Source: Eledone cirrhosa (taxonomy: Eukaryota). From it: a DNA stretch of 64,000 bases. The translations under genes and the position numbers were made by a program. The DNA is taken from contig OZ024743.1 in the NCBI GenBank assembly GCA_964016885.1, forward strand, positions 223,634,001 to 223,698,000, written 5' to 3'. Positions within the stretch are counted from its first letter, which is position 1, and every line of letters begins with the position of its first letter. The notes below the pieces were generated by a model that worked only from the letters and a program-made list of their open reading frames with translations, ran no database searches and had not been told where the DNA came from. Below are positions 13,144 to 24,140 of this stretch, one piece after another.

Positions 13144-14075
13144 TATATATATATGTATATATATGCATGAAATTGTATTTTCCCGAGGATGGATAATGAG
13201 GAAAATAGATCCTTTTGTTCATTGATCTTTCAAATCTGTTTTTTCTAACAATGTTATCATCATCATCATCGTTTAACATCCCTTTTTTCTATGCTAGCAT
13301 AGATCTGAAGCTGGCTGCTTTACATTAAAAATTAAAGTCTTTAGCCTAATATTACAAATTTTCACGATGATCTGTCCACTAATAAAAATACTATAAACAT
13401 TTGAATTAACAAATCCATTTTTAGATATTTTCTGCTAAATCATAACAGAATGTTAAAGATTTAAGATCCCCCACCCCCCATCAACTACTTATCCTCTTAT
13501 CTATCCACTCACCTTTATTTAACTATTTAGTTTATCTTCTCGTATTTTGACCTTCGTAAGGGTTGGCAGTATCAGTAGAGTGTCAGACAACATGCTTTGT
13601 GGCATATAGTTATTTCGCTTTATGTTCTGAGTTCAAATCCCACTGAGGTTAGCTTTGCCTTTCATCCTTAAAAGGTCAATAAAACAAAGTACCAGTAACA
13701 CACTGGGGTGGATTTACCCCCCCCCCCCAAAAAAAAAAATTGTTGTTCTTGTGCTTAAATCAGAAATCCTATTCTGACCTTTGTATCCATTTTATTCTAT
13801 GAATGAGTGGACTCTGGTAGCAATAATAACATATTATACTTTATTTGTGGGCATTTCACGTCTAAATGAATGGAAACAAAAGCACACAAGTGCAAGTAAT
13901 TGATGTGAGTACAAGCAGTTGCTTGTGAGATGAAGTGAGTGCACATAGGACATACAGAAATAAAACACCTGAAGATGGCCAGACACAGTGATGTAGCTAG
14001 AGCATGTGTCGCCTGGGGCAGGCCTTCAGTTTGCTGCCCCCGGGCCCCCACAAAAAATGCATATTGCTCTTAATA

Positions 14076-15064
14076 GTTAGAGAAGCAAAAAGTTGCTTAT
14101 TGTGATCCAGTTTTTGGTTAAGAAAGCCAGTTTCATGGATGGTTTCAACGTATGGTTAGAGGTAACTCCACAAGTTTGTAAGAATTCCGTTCAATCTTGG
14201 AGTATAAAGTATAAAAGAGAAAACACAGGTAAGCATTAAGAGAAGGATTTTATCCAGGTATTTACGACCGTTTCATTGGTAAGTGCAACCTTATATTGCT
14301 ATACTGCAAATAGCAGCCACTCAATTATAATTGTTGTTCACAGTCCAAATTTTCAAAATAGTGAGTTACTCTTGAAATAATTCTTAATATATAGAGAAAA
14401 ACATTTATTTGGAATTGTATTTACTAGTCTAGAGAGAGAGGAATCAGGAGGTGAGGGGACATATGGCATAGTATAGAGAGAGAGGAAGGGGGAAGAGGTA
14501 GGAAGTAGAATGACAAACTGAGATGGAGGGAGGGGTAGAGGTGGAAGGATTCTTTGGTCAGTTTTGATAGCAGACATCATATCGTGGAGTGGAGTGAGTT
14601 AAAGAGAATTAAATAGATAATAGTGGGAGGGATGGATAGAGAGGGAGAGAGAGAGGGGGGGGGAGATATAAAGAGATAAATATATATAAAAAATAAAAAT
14701 AAAGATAATAATGACAAAAATAAAAGCAAAGAAGGGGGTGAGAAAGAAGAAAAGAAAAGATAGCCAAGAAGGGGGAAGGAAGAAAACGAAGAAATAGAAG
14801 AGGAATGAGGGAGGAGAGGGGGATAAATGTATTGGTTTTGTGGGTAATTAAAGGGTTTAGATATAAAAGGGTATAAAGTCTAAGTATATGCAGTTTGTCA
14901 GTTGGTAGTAAGAGGTTAAGGGTTCGATTTGTAGTGCGAAAACTTCTCTTTGAGTCTATGGTTACAATAAATTGATCTCTAAGGTTGCACTTACCAATGA
15001 AACGGTCGTAAATACCTGGATAAAATCCTTCTCTTAATGCTTGCCTGTGTTTTCTCTTTTATAC
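14076..15064 (-). mobile_element. 5'-truncated Penelope-like element with inverted partial terminal repeat
   Basis: 14-bp TSD tattgctcttaata (14062-14075 / 15065-15078); inverted repeat of about 85 bp (14208-14293 vs 14980-15064); ORF end ...YCNHRLKEKFSHYKSNP* then a pyrimidine-rich 3' UTR and a hammerhead. Confidence 0.7.
14259..14360 (-). ncRNA. Type I hammerhead ribozyme, U3-A8 variant with extended stem II
   Basis: RC: tatt-TTGAAAA-tttgg...ccaat-GAAA-cggtcg-TA-aata. Confidence 0.6.
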
Positions 15065-15086
15065 TATTGCTCTTAATATATATATA

Positions 15087-15243
15087 TGAAAAATTCAGGA
15101 CTCCGACGGCTGAGCTCCGGCCGTTTCAACAGCTATTTGGGATCAGCCGTCAGGGTCCTGAATTGTTCACATTACTCACTCTACTACCCCAAGTATCGAG
15201 TACGCTGGTGAGTAATGGTTTAACTGGTTTTTACCCCCTCCAT

Positions 15244-15248
<5 letters not shown>
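15087..15248 (+). mobile_element. Fold-back PLE-like remnant with a half hammerhead (GAAA-stem III-GUC-stem I)
   Basis: aattcaggactccgacggctga...tcagccgtcagggtcctgaatt hairpin; tail ttactcactctactaccccaagtatcgagta is homologous to 28950-28985 (RC). Confidence 0.55.
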
Positions 15249-15280
<32 letters not shown>

Positions 15281-15283
<3 letters not shown>

Positions 15284-15475
15284 TTAATATAGAAGAGATT
15301 CTACAGGACTAGAACTGTTTCATTCATTAGAAATCATCAGAGATTCCTGATGATTTCTAATGAATGAAACAGTTCTAGTCCTGTAGAATCTCTTCTATAT
15401 TAAAACTATTATACTCTGCTATGTATTGAGTACCTTACTTACTGTGGTTACCTCCGATTCAACCCGGAATAACGT
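15281..15475 (+). mobile_element. Palindromic PLE-like remnant in (TA)n
   Basis: Inverted arms of about 60 bp around 15343, then a unique 3' tail; flanked by (TA)n. Confidence 0.65.
15339..15393 (+). ncRNA. Type I hammerhead ribozyme
   Basis: agagattc-CTGATGA-tttc(taat)gaat-GAAA-cag(ttctagtc)ctg-TA-gaatctct: 8-bp stem I, paired stem III, GUA site. Confidence 0.8.
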
Positions 15476-15496
15476 ATATATATATATATATATATG

Positions 15497-15928
15497 TAAA
15501 AGGTAAACAGAAATAACAATCGGTACAGTATATGGAAGGGATATATTAGGTTAATGCTTGAAATAGCAGGAAGAGTGTCTTAACATTTCGGACGCTAGTC
15601 CTTCATAAGAAGAAAGAATGAGAAATTAGAAAGATTGAAGGGACGGGTGGGGTTGAATTGGAAAAAGTGTCTTTAGATAAAAATAACATGTTGACATCAA
15701 ATTAAGAGTCATATATCATAAGAATGAAATATAATATAATATGTTAGATGCCTTAGACAAAGCGAAGTGTGAGATTAAATATTACAGTGGAGTTAATATT
15801 TAAGGAGGGTTTACGTGCAGAGGATAAGCAGAGCGGTTATATGCAGAAATATATGGTGGAGAAGGCAAGACATTTACTAACTTTTTTTTAATCAAATGTC
15901 TTTCTTTCTCCACCATATATTTCTGCTT
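15497..15928 (-). mobile_element. Penelope-like element 3' fragment (GIY-YIG C-terminus, 3' UTR, degenerate hammerhead)
   Basis: Minus strand encodes ...ALLIL/KPSLNINSTVIFNLTLRFV* (EAL-I---P-LN-type end of PLE GIY-YIG, stop at 15753-15755); mutated hammerhead tctt-CTtATGAA-ggac(tagc)gtcc-GAAA-tgTT-aaga at 15578-15613. Confidence 0.65.
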
Positions 15929-17169
15929 ATATATATAACTTTAAGAGTTATATATATATATATATTAACTATTCTGTGTACTAACTATTCTGTGTACAAT
16001 TGTAATATTATGTTGCAGCATTAAAAGAATGCTTATAGCCTACAGCAGACCCCAAAGTGCTGCCCCTAATAAAGTGTCACCTGGAGGTGGTGGGAGGGAG
16101 GGGGGGGGGGGCTCTAGCTATGCTACTGGTCAGACAGTTAAATAGATTAAAATGTAAGATAAGGTCGTTAATTTGTAGTGTGGAAACCTGAAGCTGTGAT
16201 TTATTATGATAATAAAGAAATCTCTGGGAGGGTTGGAGGGTTTGGAGGATAAAAATAAAGTATCAGATAATAACTGGGTCAATCTCACTGGTGGTGCTAT
16301 TACCTCAACATCACTTCTAATTGTATGTAATTTTGTGCCAAACTTAGAAATTGGCCATAATTCTCATCATGTGGCAGCCAGCGCATGGGCTGCCATTGGC
16401 ATATAATAGTGAGAGACGGGGAGAGCGAGAGAGACGGAGGTAGTGAGTGAAAGAGAGAGAAAATCAATGTTCATACACTTGATAAATCATATCTTTTGTC
16501 ATATCTAGCACCAGCCTGAATCCTTTTAGTGATTGGTAGAATTGTTAGAACGTCAGACAAAATGTCTCTGTATTTGTTCCTAAGTTCAAATCCTGCTGAG
16601 GTCAACTTTGCCTGTCTTCTTTTTGTACAGATCAAGATCTGTTGTCGATTTAAATTGTCCCCCGCCACCCCGTATGGCGGGGGACAATTTAAATCGACAA
16701 CAGATTAGTGGTCGTGTGTGTGTGTGAAACAAGGTAAGATCTTATATGTTTGTGCAGATTTTACTAAACTGTCAATCAGTAAACAGGTGGTGGTAGTGGA
16801 AGCAACAAATACCTGGCTATGAGGCAGTTATAACAACATGGCTCCTTGTTATTTTTAACACAGGAAGACGTTAGCCATTAGCCAGCAGAAAATTAATTTT
16901 GTTTTTCTTTATTATCGCTTCGCTGCTCGTTTGCCCCGTGTTGGTTTACATAGAGAAAAGAAGTGCGTGACAGCATAGGACAAGCATGGAGAAAGGAAAA
17001 AGAGTAGAGAAAGAAAGACAGAAGAAATAAAGCTGAACTTTAGCAGGGTTTGTAAATACAGGTTACAACACTATGTCTTTGAAGTGTCATTTAAACCACA
17101 CTCACACACACACACACATCATATACATATTTAGTCGAAGTATAGAAGTGTAGATACGAAATCTAGTGG

Positions 17170-17480
17170 AAGGCACGTGGTTTTGTGGTAAGAGAGTTCC
17201 GATTACAATTATAAGGGTGTGAGTTCGATACTCGCCGGCGGGTTGTCACCTTGAGCAAGACACTTTATTTTGTGTTGCTACAGTCCATTTAGCTGGCACA
17301 AACGAGTTGTACCTGGAATTAAAAGGATCGACCCTTTTAATTCCACGTACAACTCGTTTGTGCCAGCTAAATGTCCATGAGAATTACATTGAGGGTGCAC
17401 GTGTCTATGGAATGCTTAGCTACTTGCATGTTTGGCTGATCTGTTGTTCGAACAAATGGATCACTCATCGCCAGAATCGA
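17170..17480 (+). mobile_element. tRNA-derived SINE (family B) containing an internal perfected palindrome
   Basis: A/B-box-like head, ccttgagcaagacactttattt core; homologous to 19396-19900 and 35515-35640. Confidence 0.65.
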
Positions 17481-17563
17481 CGGAGGTCCAACACAAGTGT
17501 TTACGTGCATACATTGCCATTTAAACTACACACACATTTAATTGAAGTGTAAGTAAATTAGGC

Positions 17564-17881
17564 CAGTGATGCACAACCTTTTTCCTGCCACGACACACCC
17601 GGTGTTAACTAAATATAACCAAACATCAATATAACAGCAGGAATTTAAATGAGAGTATAATAATATCTGAAAGGTAAAAAATATCTAATTAAGTAAAAAA
17701 AAAAGAATTAGAAAAATTAAAAGGTGAAAACAAAAACAGTAAAAAAAAAGCTAAAAAATAACAAACTAATTAAATAGCAAGATCTGAAAAGACAACAAAA
17801 AACTGGCGATTAATATGTATGAGGAGTTCTTTTCTAAATATACATTATACATGTCAACGTGGTACACGTTATGCATCACTG
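17564..17881. mobile_element. hAT-like MITE
   Basis: TIRs cagtgatgcacaac / gttatgcatcactg; TSD not recognisable. Confidence 0.5.
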
Positions 17882-18650
17882 ATATCAAACACACGCAGAC
17901 AGATTACATATAGTGACTAAGTTGGATCATCCTTTCTCTTTAACATGTGTCTAGATCTATGATATACAGTGGACTAAGTCTAGCTACGTTAATCATTACA
18001 TCTTTCTTATTTAAGACAATAGGTGTGATTTTCTAGCAGGACCAACCATAGAGTAGAGCAGTGGTTCACAATCTAGGATCCGTGAGCTAAGTTCAAAATT
18101 TCAAATACTCTACTCTTTGGTCCCAAATAATGATGATGAGGGGGGGGGGGGATAAGCGAGGAGTGGGGTGACATTTGCTTAAATTCTTATAAGTGGTGTG
18201 GGTAGGACTGAAATAAACGGAGATTTGGGAAATCGGTAAAAGTGTACGTTCGTAAATATGGGATTTCTTGTAATGTTTTTTTTTGTCATATATAATTTTT
18301 TTGTCATATATAATGTTTTTTAATGTAAAATAATTTTTTTTTTAGTTTTGTATAACTTTATTTGTATCAATATAAATCACAATAACATTTCGCCGGAGAT
18401 AGATTAGCAAAAATTAATAAGCGGGGTAGAGGGAGAAGACGATTATTGAAGACCTGAGAGTACTTTGTTATAAATATAATATTCACACACTTCTGGATGT
18501 CTAGTCTTTTCTAAGTATAAACATGTCTGTCTCTTGATTGTTATTGCCAGTGTATAACAATCTGGGAGAAGAGTAAGTAGAGCAGTGGTCAGTTGCTTTA
18601 AATAAAAGAGGTCCTTAATAGGGAAAAGGTAGGGAATCACCGACATAGAG

Positions 18651-19380
18651 CAGTGATTCCCTAAGTGAATACTGGAAGACCCCCAAAGGGGCACTTGAAG
18701 GCCAGGAGGTGGTCGAAGTGTTGTAGGCAGAAAGGGGCAATCAGTTGTTTATAAAACTGTCACCCGTGTTAAAGATTTATAGAAAAAAATATACAACATA
18801 TCTCTATAATAATATATTTCTATTGACAAAAACAAAGAAGATATGCTGGTAGTACAGTATCAAACACTTAAGATATGGCTTTTACTTACCAACACACATG
18901 ATATTTACTAAAAACCTGTTCTCCAATGAATCTATGAAACCTTCAAGATTAGATAAATATTTGAAAAGAATTCACACTGATAACATGATTAAGATTAATT
19001 TTATTTTAACCCTTTATCATTTACATTACTCTATATATACTAATATATTTTCCCAGTAAAGGCTTTACCTCACATAATTATCTCACATAATATGAATCTG
19101 AGATTTTGATATTTATTTTGTGAATAATACCTTAACATCAGTATGGGCGGCCAGTTACAGCCAGTTTGAGCAGAAAGAGGTGAAATAATTCTGGCTGGAT
19201 ACAGCTGGTTTAAATGTTAAAGGGCATTTCAAGATCCATGCTGTCAACAGTTGACGTTTTTAAGTATGTTTTCATCTGCATCACTGGAAGAAAATGATGG
19301 AATTTGTGCCTCAAATCCAGAAAGCCACATACTATTATTGTTGAATTATTAAACGTACTATCTATTACTGAAATTCTACA
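18651..19380 (+). pseudogene. hAT (Buster/Charlie-type) transposon remnant, BED-finger region
   Basis: Begins cagtgattccc; translates HLRYGF ... FSNESMKPSRLDKYLKRIH (18919-18975), matching the YLKYGF..SNESMKPSKLKRHL motif; interrupted by a MITE. Confidence 0.65.
19010..19224. mobile_element. piggyBac-type MITE copy
   Basis: ttaa-ccctttatcattta ... taaatgttaaaggg; homologous to 33688-33894. Confidence 0.7.
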
Positions 19381-19578
19381 TACTGTGTTGTGTAGGTGAC
19401 TGGCTTAGTGGTTAGGGTGCACAGTTCACAATTGTAAAGTTGCGAATTTGATTCTCAATGACTTGTGTCTTTGAACAAAACACTTTATTTTCCATTGCTC
19501 CAGTTCACTTAGTTGGAAACAATCAATTGTACCTGTTACACATTGTGTCATGCTGAATTTCCTTGAGAACTGCATTAA

Positions 19579-19795
19579 CCCTTTAGCACTTACATTACTC
19601 TATATGTACTATTGTATTTTTACAGAAAAAGCTTTATATTACATAATTATCTCATGATATTGAATCTATGAGATTGATATTAATTATTTTGAGAACAATA
19701 CCTTAACATTGGAATCAGTGGCCAGTTACAACCGATTTGAACAGAAAGAGTTGAGAAAATTCTGGCCGCATATGGCCGGTTTAAATGGTAAAGGG
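19579..19795. mobile_element. piggyBac-type MITE nested in a family B SINE
   Basis: TTAA TSDs, TIR ccctttagca/tggtaaaggg; removing it restores the SINE sequence seen at about 17375-17420. Confidence 0.8.
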
Positions 19796-21018
19796 TTAAG
19801 AGTACATGGGTCTGTGGAATGTTCAACCACTTGCATATTAACTTAACAAACAAACTGATCCATTGATCAAGCAACAAGAACACTTGCCAGAACTGACAGA
19901 GGCTCAACAACTGACATCTTCACCCATTTATTCCTGGGAGAGTCAGGGGGGCAGGGTCTACAATGCAGCATTATAAACTTCCCAGGGATCACTGAAATTC
20001 TCTAAGCAATTCTTTGATGACTTCAACAACAAAAGGACCTACATCTTCTGCACAGAAGTTGTTTTTATCTTTTCATATACTTCTTTTGTTGTTAAAATAC
20101 TATTATCCAGAAGCTCTTGGTAGTAGCCCTTTATTTTATAAGTCCATTCACACATTGCATGGGCTTTTCTCACCCAATTCAAACATTTGGTTAAGCAACC
20201 CAGTGTTGTTGGTCATCATGGGTATGTATTTCGGAAAATCACAGTTTAACATTGTTATTGCTGTTATTAATGTTATGAAAATTAGCATTTTTGGACACAA
20301 GATTATGTTTTTGAGTGCGTGTTTTGATATAATTTATTTTTTGCTCTTGTCTTTTTCTAAACAGTATTTGTCTGTTTGTAAACTCATTTCGGTATTTTTA
20401 TTAAGTGTTGCCATAAATCCATCAAATTGAAAAAAAATGTGTTTATAGGCTATGGTAAATAACACTTGCCCAATATGTCATGCAGTGGGATTGACCTTGG
20501 GATTTAATGATTGCAAATCAAGTCCCTTAACCATTTGGCTATGCTATTTCCACATAATTTATGATATAAGTTACAAAAATTACTAATTCAAAGTGAGCAT
20601 GTACACACATACACACATACAAACTATGACTTTAAACCACTTGAAGAATGTGTGAAACTTAAGAGAGCTGATTTAAGATATGTCAATGACCTCTACAGAA
20701 CAGGAAAGAGGAGGAAGTTGTATTACTTATATGGCTATTTTATAAGCCATGAGTAGATGACAGTTGTTTGGATGATACTAATTATTGGAAATCCACCTAT
20801 TCTAGTAGCTGACATCGTGGAATAATGCAGTGAGCCATCTTTATATCATCTATACATGGTCACTTAACCTGCAATAAGTAGAAACCAAATTTTGCTCAAA
20901 TTATACCTTATTGTTTTAAAAATGAAAATGAAGGACACATTAGATAATGTAAACCTACAATCAGGGATATTCTACCTATGACTATCCCATCTAGATACAT
21001 ATATATGTAAGACTTTAA

Positions 21019-21201
21019 CCCTATATATACTATTGTATTTTTGTGGTAATTATTTCACATAATATCGAATCTTTGAGATTTTGATGTTATTTATTTTGAG
21101 AACAATATCTTAACATCAACATGAGGGGCCGGTTATAACCAGTTTGAACAGAAAGGGATGAGAGAATTCTGGCTGGATAAAACTGTTTAAATGCTAAAGG
21201 G
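21019..21201. mobile_element. piggyBac-type MITE copy (internally deleted)
   Basis: ttaa-ccct ... taaatgctaaaggg-ttaa, same family. Confidence 0.7.
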
Positions 21202-21559
21202 TTAACCCAATGTATCCCTCCAATTTTTAAGATGGTGTGATTTGAGGGAGTTTGGGAAATTATTCCTAGCAGATCTAGATTTCCTCAATGGCTTGACTAA
21301 ATACTTTAAGGGTGGTGTTTAGTCACTTGGTCATCCCTTACTGAGTAGACACATCATCAAAAGCACTCAAATCATAACCATCCAACAGTATATTATCCAA
21401 TGTGTCTTTTCTGCATCTGAAGGTATTTTTAGATAGCACTCTTCCCATTCTTCCATCCATCTTTTTGCAGACACACAAAATCATGAAAAGGTTTTGTAGA
21501 AATAAACATCATTTTTCTAGGCAGAAATTTAGTCAAGTTCAAAGTCCCCAAAACTTCAA

Positions 21560-22050
21560 ATTTATTAGTTATAGTTTATGAAAGAATGGACCAGGCATTT
21601 CATGTCCAGACAAATGAAATCAAATACCAATGGTGCACACAACCACCCATGCTATTCTCCACATTTTTAGTACAACAGAAACTTACTTGGGTAGTGTTAT
21701 TTCCATCAGCTGTAAATAGGCCAAGGAAATACTAAACTGTGCTCAACACTTCTCTGTATCCTTTGGAAGGCTAAGAAAGACAATCCTTAAAAAAAACACA
21801 TTTCATCCAGGCTCCATACCAAGGTAGCTGTTTACTGAGTGGTCTGAACTTTCACTCCACTGAATGTGTGCGGAACCGAGACCACAGAGCTGACAACATT
21901 AAAATGTTGGAAAACTTCAACATCCAGAGTCTTAAGAAGATCTACTTAGCTAGTGAGATAGGATTACACAAACATACAGAAATTCCCTGTCAAAACAAAA
22001 CCATCAGCATAGAGACATCAACCAGCAGCAGATTAAGTAGGGGATCCACA
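21560..22050 (+). pseudogene. Ancient RTE (BovB-like) RT C-terminal remnant
   Basis: Fragmented SFGRLRK, TKVAV, IKMLENFNIQSLKKI, HTEI..TISIET motifs. Confidence 0.55.
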
Positions 22051-22623
22051 GTATTTAAAGGGCTCCAAATTAATATTTTTGCTACCATAAATAATATTTC
22101 TTTCTAGTCTTTGTATATATTACTCATATTTCATTTGCATACAACATCACAATTCGCACAGAGGCGACATACCGCTGACTATTCATTCATAGAGAGAAAT
22201 CTTTTGTCGTCAACAGAGGTAGAAGTTGGTTGAATTTTTAATTTTTTCCATCCTGTTAGCATTTTAGCTACTATACTTCCACTGCTAATTGGGTCACCCG
22301 GGTAACAGAAGCTATCAACTACTGCTATAGATTGGAAAAAAAAGTTTATTTACTGAGCCTCTTACTATTAACTACTCCTGTGCCTTTCCACATATATATA
22401 CATGCATACACACATACACACATACATACACATACACATATGTACACGTATGGTAAACAGACCTTAAATGGTAATGATATATATATATTATATACAGGGC
22501 CAGTACCAATATTAAAGCCAACTAGGCTGCTGCTTATGGTATAGACCTAAGTGAAGTGCATTACTGAACCTTAAAGGATCCTAAAGAGTTTTATACAAAT
22601 TTCTATAATAAAACTATATATAT

Positions 22624-22806
22624 AATTGTTTCTACTTTAGGCACAAGGCCAGCAATTACCCAGTGCATTACTGGTACTTTATTTTATCGACCCCGTAAGG
22701 ATGAAAAGCAAAGTCAACCTCGGTGGGATTTGAACTCAGATCGTAAAGGGACGTAACTATGCTGGAAAGCATGGCGTCCGACCCTCTACCGATACTGCCA
22801 ATCCAC
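22624..22806 (-). mobile_element. SINE family A
   Basis: Near-identical to 38586-38778 and 43863-44055. Confidence 0.85.
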
Positions 22807-23134
22807 ATAAAACTAAATAAGTTGACCTAATTCCAGACAACCAACTGCTCATGTCCCACAGTTGGCATATCATATACATTATGACATCTGTCTGATGATG
22901 ACCTGGTAGAATTATGTAACATTTGTCTAACAGCTCTGAAATGACATAACAGACGTTATTTAATAAACTAAAATATAGAATCATCTCTTCATATTTACTG
23001 AAATACTCTGTTGAATTCTGGATTATGAGATACCAGTTCTTGCTTACATGGATATAACTGACATTGAATTTTGATGATTGCAGTGAAATTCAACACTGAC
23101 AATCAACTAAAATAGATTTTAAGACAATATCACC

Positions 23135-23660
23135 AATATCATCACTGTTTAATGGTCATTTTTCCATACTAGCATGGGTTAGGTGAGTTGTCCCGTTGTG
23201 AGACAAGTCAGATCAGATGATTATGCTTTGCTCATACAGAACAGTTTCTGGCTTCGTTTTTATGGCTGGACACCCTTCCGAACACCAGCAATATTTACAG
23301 TGTGGACTAGGTGCCTTTTATCGTGGCACCAAAATGACCAATTTAGAGTGTGGACTGGGCACTTTTTGTTGTGACACCAACATGATTACTTTACAGTCTG
23401 GACTGGCCGCACTTTGTTGCATCACCAACACAACCACTTTACAGGGTGGACTGGGTGCCTCCTGTCATGTCACCATCATAACCACCATACAGGGTGGACT
23501 GAGTTCTTATGTTTTATGTTACCAGCACAGCCACCTTGCAAGGAGGGCTAGCTGCTCTTTTGTCATTGTCACCTTACAAGGAGGGCAAGGTGCTCTTTTG
23601 TCATGACATCAACATAAGTTCATTACATGGTGGACTAGGGGCTTATGTTGTGTCACCAGC
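23135..23660 (-). repeat. RTE-tail repeat with internal tandem amplification of a 38-39-bp unit
   Basis: About 9 units of tttacag(t/g)gtggactggg..ctttt.gttgt.acacca. Confidence 0.7.
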
Positions 23661-24140
23661 ATCATCATCATCATCATTTTACGTCCACTTTTCCCTGCTT
23701 GCAAGGGTGGGACGGGTCTTATTCAGCACAGCATCTCCACTCGTCACGGTCCTTCGTCATCTCCACCGTGAGCTTCAATGATCTGAGGTCTGTTCTCACC
23801 ACCTCCGCCCATGTTTTTCGTGGTCTACCTCTACCACGTCTTCCTTCAACTGGCAATTCCTGGCACTTCTTCACCCATCTTAATAATCTTTCCAATCATC
23901 ATAGGTCCTCTGCATCTAGCACCCAGGTCTCACTATCATGCAGCGTTGCTATTCATATACACGCATCATACAATCTGCCCTACATTTTGAAGGAAAAGCC
24001 TTTTGTAGCTAGCAACAGTTGTAGCTCCCTGAACTTTTTCCATTCCATTCTCACTCTGGCAATTGTACTTTTAGAACACCCACCTCTACTGCTAATTTGC
24101 TCACCCAGGTAACAGAAGCAGTCAACTGCCTCTATGGAAC
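23660..24140 (-). pseudogene. Rearranged RTE fragment, same family as 39707-41572
   Basis: Similar to 40070-40300 (ctcacccaggtaac, gaactttttcc, cccaggtctcact); (GAT)n tail. Confidence 0.7.

Larger units (their letters stand above)
13986..16128. mobile_element. hAT-type MITE interrupted by four nested PLE-like inserts
   Basis: TIRs cagtgatgtagctagagc / gctctagctatgctactg; 8-bp TSD gccagaca/gtcagaca (7 of 8 match). Confidence 0.7.

Noticed and set aside
22885-22910. CTGATGA matches here and at about 40751
   Set aside because: No stem II/GAAA/stem I pairing nearby; chance heptamers
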